Shown: positions 38,120 to 46,080, counted from the stretch's first letter. The stretch: DNA of 64,000 nt from Bacteroidales bacterium (GCA_017480345.1 JAFVAU010000016.1:20464-84463); one strand, 5' to 3'. Translations and numbers: made by a program. Notes: generated by a model not told the origin, from the sequence alone.

Positions 38120-38133
38120 CAGCCACGTTCCAT

Positions 38134-38530
38134 GGGGGTGTTTTGGTTTTGACAGCGTGAGTGTTGGACGGTAAGCATGCCGGGCGTTGGGGCCTTGCCC
38201 GTAAATCTCAGACTCCGAAAAATCAGTTGCCAACAACAACTATGCACTCGCTGCCTAATTCGGCCAAGTCCAATTAGCTTAATCCGCGACGCCAAGGCTG
38301 CGCCGCCGACGAGTATCCCTCGGAACTTCCGCCTGGTAAGGGCCGATCAAGGGGTATCATCCCAACCAGGACGCTCCGGTGGACGCCTCTAAAGCCGGCT
38401 AAGACTCAAAGGCTAAGGAAGAGTTTGCCCGCCTTTCGGCTGGCTCTCCCCTACAACCAAAGGAAGGATAAGCATGTAGAAAGCCGCCTGGCGGCACGTT
38501 TGGACAGCGGTTCGAGTCCGCTCACCTCCA
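38134..38530 (+). ncRNA. ssrA: tmRNA (transfer-messenger RNA)
   Basis: The 5' end GGGGGUG pairs with the 3' end CACCUCC-A, giving a 7-bp acceptor stem with a G3:U pair. The T-arm is GGUUCGAGUCC. The tag ORF GCC AAC AAC AAC TAT GCA CTC GCT GCC TAA (38229..38258) encodes ANNNYALAA*. The 3' CCA is not encoded; the genome reads ACTG. Confidence 0.9.
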
Positions 38531-38531
38531 C
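38519..38531 (+). repeat. attL-like copy of a 13-bp direct repeat (CGCTCACCTCCAC; functional tmRNA 3' end)
   Basis: Identical 13-mer at 47597..47609. Confidence 0.6.
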
Positions 38532-38533
38532 TG

Positions 38534-38567
38534 AAAACCGCCTCTGAATATGTTCAGAGGCGGTTTT
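38534..38567 (+). terminator. Rho-independent terminator of ssrA (island-borne)
   Basis: aaaaccgcctctgaa-tatg-ttcagaggcggtttt is a perfect 15-bp stem followed by a T-rich tract. Confidence 0.75.
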
Positions 38568-38673
38568 CTTCTTTTATATCCCAAATCGTATCCCAAAAAT
38601 CCATGAGAGAATTCCAAATTGTCTCCGGTTTTAGGCGAAGAAACTAGAGGTAAACCAGGTGTTTCTTGGCTGG

Positions 38674-39591
38674 CTAAAGCTTGGAAATCAATTCGTCCGG
38701 GTCCTGATCCTTCATTTCAAGGATGGCGAACCACTTCTTGCCCAAATCCTTGATGGACGCCCCGACATGATATACCCGATCGTCGATGATAAGGAACCGG
38801 TCATGAGATTTGCTGAATACCTGTACCGGGATGGGCGGGTACTGCGCATCATGCTTGGCAATATCCAAGGAAAGTTGCTGGGATATTTTCTGGGTAAAGA
38901 TGGACGCGCCCACTCCGGCAGAACGCTTATCCAGCATTGTGAGGACACTCTCATCCACATAGTTGTCTATGAGAACGATTCTGGATGAGGCCGACTTGAT
39001 TAGGCCGCAGACAAACTCGTATGCGTCAAAGATTTGGCCGTCAAAAAAGATTCCCTCAGCGGGGGGCAAAGCGGTCTTTACAAAAAAATCAATCTTTTCC
39101 TCAGTCTTCGCAACGCGCTGTTCCAGTTGCTCCAATCTGGGGTTGATAGCGTAACCGCGTAATAGATAGTCCTTTAATATGGCACTTGCCCACTTTCGAA
39201 AGTAGGTTGCATTGCGAGAATTCACACGATAACCTACGGATAGTATCATATCCAGATTATAGTACTTACTCGTTCTTCTTACCCTTCTCCCGCCTTCATT
39301 ACGAACTTGTGCAATTTTTGCACAGGTTGCAGCCTCGTCCAATTCATCGCTGTTGTATATATTGCTGACATGCTTCACGATAACTGTCCTGTCAACGCCA
39401 AAAAGAAGCCCCATTTGGGTATGGGTCAACCATACTGTTTCCTGTTCCAATCGAACCTCCAGACGAATAGTATCGTCGGGGTTATATATAGCCACTTCTC
39501 CCACCTCAACAGAGGGCTGCACTTGCAACTGTCGCATTTTTTGCGCCGGTTGCTGTTCGATATTCTTCTTTCTTGCCATACTGTTCTTCAA
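38674..39591 (-). CDS. RhuM-family N-terminal domain fused to an HKD(PLD)-like C-terminal domain
   Basis: The N-terminal half, IRLEVRLEQETVWLTHTQMGLLFGVDRTVIVKHVSNIY...YYNLDMILSVGYRVNSRNATYFRKWA, is the RhuM/ORF6N-type region. The C-terminus, SHDRFLIIDDRVYHVGASIKDLGKKWF, fits H-x-[K/R]-x4-D-x6-G-x-S. Confidence 0.7.
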   Translation of the reverse strand: MKNSMARKKNIEQQPAQKMRQLQVQPSVEVGEVAIYNPDDTIRLEVRLEQETVWLTHTQMGLLFGVDRTVIVKHVSNIYNSDELDEAATCAKIAQVRNEGGRRVRRTSKYYNLDMILSVGYRVNSRNATYFRKWASAILKDYLLRGYAINPRLEQLEQRVAKTEEKIDFFVKTALPPAEGIFFDGQIFDAYEFVCGLIKSASSRIVLIDNYVDESVLTMLDKRSAGVGASIFTQKISQQLSLDIAKHDAQYPPIPVQVFSKSHDRFLIIDDRVYHVGASIKDLGKKWFAILEMKDQDPDELISKL

Positions 39592-39643
39592 TCAACGTCG
39601 GGCTATTCCGGCTTTCAAAGATAATCAAAGGAATCCATTCTGC

Positions 39644-40138
39644 CTACACCTCATCAAACTTTTTCATTGCATTCTTTTTCTCCTTGTCGGCGATGGCCAT
39701 GTACGGCTTCATGGCGGCAAGGGAAGAGTGCCCGGTCCATTGGGTTATGGTGTAAGGGCTGATGTCGTTGGAAAGGCCGATAACCACGAATGTCTTTCTG
39801 CCGACGTGGGTTGTCACCCTCTCGTAGAGGGGCTTATCCAGGCCCGCCTGCTTGAAGAGAATCTTCAGGGCGTCGTTCATTTTCTGGTTTGACATCACCG
39901 GCAACGCTAACTCTCCCGGCATATGGGCGTCTTCGTACTTCTCCAAGATGGTGCGCGTGTACTTATTCAGTTCAATACGGACGGTTTGGGCAGTTTTCTT
40001 TTGAATGAGGACGATAGCGTCGCCGTCTATGTGTGCCCGTGTGAGTTGGCAGACATCGGACCACCTTAAACTGGAAAAGCAGCAGAAAATGAATAGGTCA
40101 CGTATTTTTTCATGTCTTTCCTTTCTTCTGTGCTGCAT
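39644..40138 (-). pseudogene. Tyrosine integrase remnant (catalytic domain only, 164 codons)
   Basis: IRDLFIFCCFSSLRWSDV...HVGRKTFV...WTGHSSLAAMKPY retains the R...HxxR...H...Y residues, but the N-terminal DNA-binding domains are missing. The upstream part of track ORF 39644..40411 is only the YcaQ gene 3' end read in another frame. Confidence 0.7.
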
Positions 40139-41159
40139 GATAGATATTGCATGCTTTTTCCAATGCTTGTTCTGGGATACTGACTGTTTCCTTGAAGACG
40201 GAGACTCCCCCGTCCTTAGAAGAGGGTTTCCAATTGCCGACAATCTCGCCGTTCCAAGCAACCACGGACTTGAAGATCCCGAAGTTGTTGTGGGCGTGAT
40301 GGGCATTGTCCGGATGGAGGACGATTTCTCTGCTTTTATAGCCGATAAGATATTCGTCATATGCGGGCAAAAGAAGGAGATTCCCGCTTCGCACTCCCCT
40401 GCTGCGGGCATCCCTGTGGATGAGGAAATCCCTCCCTTTCCAACGCTCCTTCACGAGTTCATCTCCCAGTGTCTCGATTCCCTTCCTGCATTCCCCCAAA
40501 GTAAGTCCGCTCCACCATACAAAGTCATCGAGCGTGGCCGGACCATGGCTCCGGAAGTATTTCCTGGCAAGAAGGCAAAGGGACTCTTCCCGGCTGAATG
40601 TTGACTTGGTCGGAATCCTGTCCCTGACCAGCCTGTAGGTGTTCCTCGGCCCCAGGGAGCCGCTGCAGACAAGGCCCTCGAGCTCGGCCATTCGGAGCTG
40701 ATGGTTGTACAGGAGCTTGTCTTCAGGAATACCGCCTTCGACCAGCGCCTGGCCGATGATATCTTCCGTGACCTCTCCATGCTTGGAAACGGTATCCTCG
40801 ATGATGGTGAGGATCCGCTCTTTCTCCCTCCCTGAATACGTGAACCCCAAGGACTTGGTCCAGCCATCAAGGACCGCCGTCGCCTTGTCATGGCACAGGA
40901 CGACCATCCAAGGGTAGTCATCGGTCGGGACCAGCTGCCAGGTGCCGCGAAAAAGATGGGCTCGTATGATTTCCCCTTCGTTGAAGGCCTCCTCAAACGC
41001 TTTGTACGAAGGTTTCGACGTACGCATGGCGACCGCCCAGCGCATCGCCCTGTAATCCTGCGCCTGCATAGCGCCGAACCACGACACCACATCCGCGGGG
41101 TCCTTGAACTGCGGAGAGGCGAGCTGCTGGCTCAGAAGGCGTGCGGAAACTGGCTTCAA
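40110..41159 (-). CDS. YcaQ/AlkZ family winged-helix DNA glycosylase (DUF1006)
   Basis: 349 aa. The N-terminus, LLSQQL...DVVSWFGAMQAQDYRAMRWAV...EGEIIRAHLFRGTWQLV, is the characteristic start of the family (QxQ-type motif context). Confidence 0.7.
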   Translation of the reverse strand: MKPVSARLLSQQLASPQFKDPADVVSWFGAMQAQDYRAMRWAVAMRTSKPSYKAFEEAFNEGEIIRAHLFRGTWQLVPTDDYPWMVVLCHDKATAVLDGWTKSLGFTYSGREKERILTIIEDTVSKHGEVTEDIIGQALVEGGIPEDKLLYNHQLRMAELEGLVCSGSLGPRNTYRLVRDRIPTKSTFSREESLCLLARKYFRSHGPATLDDFVWWSGLTLGECRKGIETLGDELVKERWKGRDFLIHRDARSRGVRSGNLLLLPAYDEYLIGYKSREIVLHPDNAHHAHNNFGIFKSVVAWNGEIVGNWKPSSKDGGVSVFKETVSIPEQALEKACNIYHAAQKKGKT

Positions 41160-41794
41160 GCGGAAAGGATTTCTTGTGAGTCAATGATATGATTACCGGA
41201 CATATCTGCTTTTGCGAGCCGGATCATGGCTGCTGCCACATCCTCTGTAGGCATCGGCTTCCAGGAGCGCATCAGTCCGATGGCATTGAGCCCTTTCAGT
41301 ATGGTCACACCGGCTTTCTCGCCGAAACGGTCGCTCCCTTTCCGGATAAGGGACGGCGGACGCAATATAAACACACTCGGAAACCCCAGTTTCTGGACAT
41401 CCTCGTCAAGCTGGCCCTTCATCATTGTGTAGAACACCTTTGACTTAGCGTTTGCCCCGATGGACGATACCAGAACCAAGGTGCCGACGCCATTTGCCCT
41501 GGCCGCCTTTGCAGCCTCGAACTGATAGGTGTAGTCCACCTTCCACTGCGCATCCTGGCTGCCGGCGGCTTTGATGGTGGTGCCGAGACAGGAGAACAGG
41601 ACATCCCCTGTCAGCAGCTTTGCCCATCCTTCCGGGTGGTCGAAGTCCACGACATGCGGAACCAGTTTTGACGATGTTATTTGCACCTCCCTGCGGACGA
41701 AAACGTCAACCCGCTCAAAGCAATCTTCATTGAGCAGCTGTTCCACGAGGTCTTTTCCCACGGCGCCAGTGGCGCCAATGACAAGTGCTTTCAT
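41156..41794 (-). CDS. NAD(P)H-binding atypical SDR (NmrA/HTATIP2-like)
   Basis: MKALVIGATGAVGKDLV is a GxxGxxG motif. 212 aa. It overlaps the downstream gene by 4 nt. Confidence 0.8.
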   Translation of the reverse strand: MKALVIGATGAVGKDLVEQLLNEDCFERVDVFVRREVQITSSKLVPHVVDFDHPEGWAKLLTGDVLFSCLGTTIKAAGSQDAQWKVDYTYQFEAAKAARANGVGTLVLVSSIGANAKSKVFYTMMKGQLDEDVQKLGFPSVFILRPPSLIRKGSDRFGEKAGVTILKGLNAIGLMRSWKPMPTEDVAAAMIRLAKADMSGNHIIDSQEILSA

Positions 41795-42240
41795 CAGCTA
41801 ATCAGATTTACTTTTTCAAACTTGTATCCCATGCGGCAGAGCTGGATGGCCGGGACGCTGTGACGGCGGTCCCGCAGGATGATATCCGTGATATGGTCGT
41901 CCATGTCGTCAAAACCCCTCTCTCCCAGGAAATAGGTATAAGGAACATCCATATACCGGGCCCAGTCCTTGTCCCAAAGGAAGGCCACGGCCATTCCGAG
42001 ATAACCGGCACAGCCCAGGCAGAACTCCGGGTAGGAGTTGAAGTTGAGGACGGCATCGCCATAGAATAACGGGGCATACCGGACCCAGGCCTCGTCAATG
42101 TCCGGAGAGGACAGCAGCGTGCCTTTCAGGAGTCCGGCATCTGTACAAGAGGCCAGAAGATAAGCGCAGAGATCTTCGCGGTATTTTTCGATTGTTAAAT
42201 TCTCCGACATGTCTTTTACAGTTTCTTTTTCACGCTCCAA
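41794..42240 (-). CDS. Hypothetical protein (148 aa)
   Basis: The ORF is embedded in the operon with 1-nt and 25-nt overlaps to its neighbours. I recognise no motif. Confidence 0.45.
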   Translation of the reverse strand: MEREKETVKDMSENLTIEKYREDLCAYLLASCTDAGLLKGTLLSSPDIDEAWVRYAPLFYGDAVLNFNSYPEFCLGCAGYLGMAVAFLWDKDWARYMDVPYTYFLGERGFDDMDDHITDIILRDRRHSVPAIQLCRMGYKFEKVNLIS

Positions 42241-42845
42241 CTTCCCATCGTCTTCCCGCCATGCTCAATGATGCGATAGTCAAAGACTTCGTATCCGAGT
42301 TTGCGGTAGAAGGCAATGTTCTTCTCAGAATTGGTGAAGAAAACGAGCTCACGGCCGCCCTGCTCGCGGATATACTGTTCACAGTAGGCGACGAACTTCG
42401 TCCCGATGCCCGTCCCCTGGACGGACGGGTCCACAGTGAGGGAACTCGCGTACCAGATGCCGGGGCCGGTCTTCTGGTATTCATGGCAGGGAATGCCGGC
42501 ATCGGCATCCATCTTCAGCCACTCGTCAATCCTGCGGCGGTCCCCTTCGCGGTAGACCTTCAGCCAACCGTGAAGGACGTAGCGGAAGTCTGAGGGTTTC
42601 CTGTAGGTCTGAGGGTTGAGCTGCGCCACGGCAACAAACTTTCCGTCCTGCCGGGCAACAAGGTGCTTGGCGGGGCCGAAGTTGGTCTTGTACTCCCGCC
42701 AGATAATGGCGAACTGAACCCGGTTCCTCTCTTCCTTGTCGGGGAACCAGTTGGTGAAGTACTCGTAGTCGTCAAAGGCACGGGTGGCGAGTTCCGCCGC
42801 CTGGCGGATCTCCCCGTGTTTCATCCTCCCGAATTCCAGTGCCAT
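42216..42845 (-). CDS. GNAT family N-acetyltransferase
   Basis: SLTVDPSVQGTGIGTKFVAY...NIAFYRKLGYEV is the acetyl-CoA binding Q/RxxGxG/A block. Confidence 0.75.
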   Translation of the reverse strand: MALEFGRMKHGEIRQAAELATRAFDDYEYFTNWFPDKEERNRVQFAIIWREYKTNFGPAKHLVARQDGKFVAVAQLNPQTYRKPSDFRYVLHGWLKVYREGDRRRIDEWLKMDADAGIPCHEYQKTGPGIWYASSLTVDPSVQGTGIGTKFVAYCEQYIREQGGRELVFFTNSEKNIAFYRKLGYEVFDYRIIEHGGKTMGSWSVKKKL

Positions 42846-42848
42846 GCC

Positions 42849-43370
42849 TTAGAAATCGATTTCTATGGGAGCAGCTGTGAAGGAACTGATGGTGGCCTTG
42901 GCGTCCTTGAGGAAATAGACGGCGGTGTTGCCGTCGTTCTCGTCGTACATGGAGCGGAGTCCGGGATTGGCATCCAGCATGGCCTTCTTCACTTCCACAC
43001 GCGGGTCTTCCACGAGGGTCGCCTTGACGCGCAGCCACTCCCCTCCTTCGGCATCATACGCGCAGATGGCCACCTTGGGGTTGCCAGCTATCTGCTTGGC
43101 GACGTTCTTCACGTGTCCCGTTTGGATATAAAGCTTTCCCTCGATGATCTCGGCGGATCCGAACGGACGTACTTCGGGCTGGTCGCCGTCGACGGTTGCG
43201 AGGAAATATACGCCTGTCTTGTGCAGGAAATCTCTGACCTGTTGCATATTGTCTTGGTTCTTTGATTGATACTCTGCTGGAATGGCCTGCTGCTGATCCT
43301 TCTGCTGGCCTTTGGGTGCGCACGAAATGACGGACAGCAGGATTGAGACTGCCGTTAAAATTCTTTTCAT
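42849..43370 (-). CDS. Pyridoxamine 5'-phosphate oxidase-like FMN-binding split-barrel protein with a lipoprotein signal
   Basis: The core is VYFLATVDGDQPEVRPFG...VAICAYD.... The N-terminus MKRILTAVSILLSVISCAPKG has a lipobox. Confidence 0.65.
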   Translation of the reverse strand: MKRILTAVSILLSVISCAPKGQQKDQQQAIPAEYQSKNQDNMQQVRDFLHKTGVYFLATVDGDQPEVRPFGSAEIIEGKLYIQTGHVKNVAKQIAGNPKVAICAYDAEGGEWLRVKATLVEDPRVEVKKAMLDANPGLRSMYDENDGNTAVYFLKDAKATISSFTAAPIEIDF

Positions 43371-43372
43371 TG

Positions 43373-44218
43373 TTACACTGTGTTGGGGTTATACTTCAGG
43401 GCATCCGACGGCCAGCCCTCCAGGTTGTGCCCGGTGTCGAGATCCCGGATGGCGGCCATCTCGTCCTGCGAGATGTCAAAGTCCAGCGAGTCCAGATTCT
43501 GGATCATCCGCTCCTTGTGAACGGACTTCGGAATGACAATGATTCCCTGCTGGGTGAGGAAGCGGAGTGCCACCTGCGCGGCGGTCTTGCCGTGTGCCGC
43601 TCCCACCTCCGTCAGGACCGGATTCGTGAAGATGCCGTTCAGCCCTTCGGCCAGCGGGCCCCAGGATTCGACGGCGGTCCCCTCTTCGGCCATCTTCGCA
43701 ATCATCGGACGCTGCTGGTAGAAGACATGGGTCTCGATTTGGTTCACGGCAGGAATGACGGAAGCATCCCGGACCAGCCTGTCAAACTGCCCCGGGTAGA
43801 AGTTGGAAACGCCGATACTTCTCAGATACCCTTCCTTGACCAGATCTTCGAAGGCCACCCAAATCTCCCCGTCGTTCCCCATCGGCCAGTGGATAAGCAT
43901 GAGGTCAAGGTAGTCAAGTCCCATGCGTTTAAGGGAACCCTTGACATTTTCCTTAGCCCGTTCGTAAGTGGGGCGGGACAGACATAGCTTGGATGTAATG
44001 AAAACCTCGTCCCTGGGGATACCGGACTTGCGGACGGCGGAGCCCACCATCGCTTCGTTTTCATAATACTGTGCGGTATCCAGAGAGCGGTATCCGACAC
44101 TCAGGGCATCCAGGACACAACGCTCTGTGACGGACGGGTCCACCATATAGACTCCGTATCCGATGATCGGCATTTCGATGCCGCAGTTGAGTTTCACAGT
44201 CTGCATAAATGTATTCAC
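43373..44218 (-). CDS. Aldo/keto reductase
   Basis: YRSLDTAQYYENE, LIHWP, IGVSNF and IPKS are AKR signature blocks. Confidence 0.9.
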   Translation of the reverse strand: MNTFMQTVKLNCGIEMPIIGYGVYMVDPSVTERCVLDALSVGYRSLDTAQYYENEAMVGSAVRKSGIPRDEVFITSKLCLSRPTYERAKENVKGSLKRMGLDYLDLMLIHWPMGNDGEIWVAFEDLVKEGYLRSIGVSNFYPGQFDRLVRDASVIPAVNQIETHVFYQQRPMIAKMAEEGTAVESWGPLAEGLNGIFTNPVLTEVGAAHGKTAAQVALRFLTQQGIIVIPKSVHKERMIQNLDSLDFDISQDEMAAIRDLDTGHNLEGWPSDALKYNPNTV

Positions 44219-44254
44219 ATCCCAAATATACTGAAAATCCGCCGGATGATAAAA

Positions 44255-44443
44255 TCAATCCGACGGAATCTCTTTCTTCAGCCTCTTTCGGCTGTACACC
44301 TTTTGGGATTTTTGCAGGACCTTCCGGAAGGAGACGGGCTTCCCGTGCAGCTCGATTTCCTCCAGCCGGGCAGCCCTCCGGTTGGCCAGCATGAAGTCGG
44401 CCTCTGTGATGCGGAGTTTCTTCTGTTTCTTCCTCGGTTTCAT
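44255..44443 (-). CDS. Small basic hypothetical protein (62 aa)
   Basis: The ORF fits neatly between neighbouring same-strand genes. There is no other support. Confidence 0.3.
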   Translation of the reverse strand: MKPRKKQKKLRITEADFMLANRRAARLEEIELHGKPVSFRKVLQKSQKVYSRKRLKKEIPSD

Positions 44444-44463
44444 AGCACGTTATCCATCCCGGA

Positions 44464-44997
44464 TTATCTTTTTACGATAATCCATGTGAGGTATCCTATG
44501 ATGGCGATAAGGCCGACGGGAAATAGTTTCGGTACGAAGCCCGTCAGGAGCATAACCGCGCACATGAGACCGAGAATCTTCGTTGCTAGCTTCTTGTTCT
44601 CAGGCATATATGTCCACGAGGTCTTGAGTCCGGCTATTGTCCGTGACCACCAGCCCTTCACCTTGCTGAAGTCAAACCAGGCCTTCCTGCTTCCCGAACT
44701 GCCACGAGGTGCGCCGTGGACTTTCTCGGCTTTGAGGACCTTCCTTTTCACCTTGACCGTCACCGATTTCTCCTGCGTCTTCCCTCCGATGACGGCCCTG
44801 AGAGTCAGTGTCATCCTGTCTGCATTTCCCGAAGCCTCGATGACCCGGCTTCCCGAATCTGGCAGCTGGTGGATACTCTTCGTCCCGTCTTCGACGGTGA
44901 GAGTGACCTGCTCGGGATTCTCGCAGTCCCAACTGACGGTCACATGCTCATGTTCGGTGACCTGTTTCTTGTCTATATTGAAGGATAATTTACCCAT
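44464..44997 (-). CDS. Hypothetical protein: N-terminal beta-sandwich-like domain, basic linker, C-terminal TM hairpin
   Basis: 177 aa. The C-terminus is ILGLMCAVMLLTGFVPKLFPVGLIAIIGYLTWIIV. No motif recognised. Confidence 0.45.
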   Translation of the reverse strand: MGKLSFNIDKKQVTEHEHVTVSWDCENPEQVTLTVEDGTKSIHQLPDSGSRVIEASGNADRMTLTLRAVIGGKTQEKSVTVKVKRKVLKAEKVHGAPRGSSGSRKAWFDFSKVKGWWSRTIAGLKTSWTYMPENKKLATKILGLMCAVMLLTGFVPKLFPVGLIAIIGYLTWIIVKR

Positions 44998-45068
44998 ATA
45001 TCAGTGTTTTATCCTTATCTATCAAAAATCGTGGCAGCGGAGCGCTACTGACATTCTGGCATTTTTCG

Positions 45069-45076
45069 TACCTTTG
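45069..45076 (+). promoter_or_regulatory. -7 box TACCTTTG
   Basis: Exact TAnnTTTG match 8 nt upstream of ATG 45085. Confidence 0.4.
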
Positions 45077-45084
45077 TCCTCTCT

Positions 45085-45552
45085 ATGGCAAGGCTCATCA
45101 TATCGCAGAAGAAAAAGGGAAAGTTCAATTTTGCCCTTCCCCATTTTATCCTTATCAATGGAAAGAACATCGGCCTGATGAATACCTCTTCTGTGACCCT
45201 CGAAGTGCCGCCTGTTACCTTCAACGTGCGGATCCAGAGCATGTTCAGGTGGTTCTACACGGAGGTGACGGTCACAACCCACGACGAGACGGATACCTTC
45301 ATCGAGTTCTCCGACCGGGAGAAATGGTGGGATGCGCTCTTCGTTCTGGATATCATCTTGTGGTGCATCAAGGGCCTCTTCCACCTGGCCGCCCCATGGA
45401 CCTGGATTTACGAGGTCTTCACGAACGGCTATTTCGTGGCCTGGCTCGTGTATGAATGGGTCATCCGGAAGAAATACTTCCGCTTGGAGGTGTATTCAAA
45501 ACTTGCCGAGAGAAAACCTGAACCGCTAACAACAGAACAGTATGTTCAATAA
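45085..45552 (+). CDS. Hypothetical membrane protein (beta-rich N-terminal domain + two TM segments)
   Basis: 155 aa. WWDALFVLDIILWCIKGLF and YFVAWLVYEWVI are TM segments. A canonical -7 box lies directly upstream. Confidence 0.5.
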   Translation: MARLIISQKKKGKFNFALPHFILINGKNIGLMNTSSVTLEVPPVTFNVRIQSMFRWFYTEVTVTTHDETDTFIEFSDREKWWDALFVLDIILWCIKGLFHLAAPWTWIYEVFTNGYFVAWLVYEWVIRKKYFRLEVYSKLAERKPEPLTTEQYVQ

Positions 45553-45588
45553 CCTTCTGTCTTCCAAGGTTTACGGGTTTGGTCATGC

Positions 45589-46032
45589 TTATAATCCTTT
45601 TACCTTTTTTACAATCATCCAGGAGCCGCTTCTGTCTGATCCAATTCGGATGATTATTTTGCGTTCCTTTAATGCTGTGGTTGCTCTTGAAATAGTAGAG
45701 CGCGATACAGAAAACTTCTGACTCATTTGAGATTCAGTTATTCTATCATTTTCATGAATCGACACCAATACATCTTGCTGTCTTTTAGGTAGTTCCGCAA
45801 AAACTACTGTGTCATTTTCTGTATCATTTTCTGTGTCATTTACAGTGTCATTCAGGAACACAGGATGAACCGGAATCGTAGCCATGAACCAGGAATCTGG
45901 GGGCTCCGCCTGGACAAATACCAGGTCCATGCACGATTCATCCTGCTGGATACCCTCACCGGCTACCGGAGTCAGTATCAGCGGGATGCAACTGTGATGA
46001 AAGTGAGATAGGTTTGTAAATGAAGTTCCCAT
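45589..46032 (-). pseudogene. C-terminal fragment of an AlbA_2/HATPase_c_4-type or Fic-type regulator (NDTx repeat linker + winged HTH)
   Basis: The C-terminus QQDVLVSIHENDRITESQMSQKFSVSRSTISRATTALKERKIIIRIGSDRSGSWMI is a wHTH, preceded by NDTVNDTENDTENDTV. In full-length Bacteroidales proteins this module follows a much larger N-terminal region that is absent here. An internal ATG at 45885 could still express the wHTH alone. Confidence 0.5.
45809..45856. repeat. Four imperfect tandem 12-nt repeats (coding, NDT[E/V] units)
   Basis: gtgtcattttct / gtatcattttct / gtgtcatttaca / gtgtcattcagg. Confidence 0.8.
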
Positions 46033-46038
46033 TAAAGC

Positions 46039-46080
46039 AGAATCGGAATTTATTGTAAATTTACAGTAAATTCCGATTCT
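46039..46080. repeat. Palindromic element copy A (14-bp arms, 14-nt loop)
   Basis: agaatcggaattta-ttgtaaatttacag-taaattccgattct. It lies immediately downstream of the ATPase stop (46082). Confidence 0.85.

Noticed and set aside
37462-38295. 277-aa version of the NlpC/P60 ORF
   Set aside because: Its first ~70 codons run antisense through the ssrA promoter and tmRNA 5' region. A GTG at 38085 gives a proper lipoprotein signal directly after a -7 box.
39644-40411. 255-aa 'full' ORF for the island integrase
   Set aside because: The N-terminal ~90 codons are the 3' end of the YcaQ gene read out of frame (Ser/Pro/Thr-rich, no integrase similarity). Only the last 164 codons are integrase.
45809-45856. 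Short tandem repeats as a possible CRISPR or other non-coding array
   Set aside because: There are only four contiguous 12-nt units with no spacers. They are in frame and encode NDTx peptide repeats. No CRISPR-like repeat-spacer structure was seen anywhere in the window.
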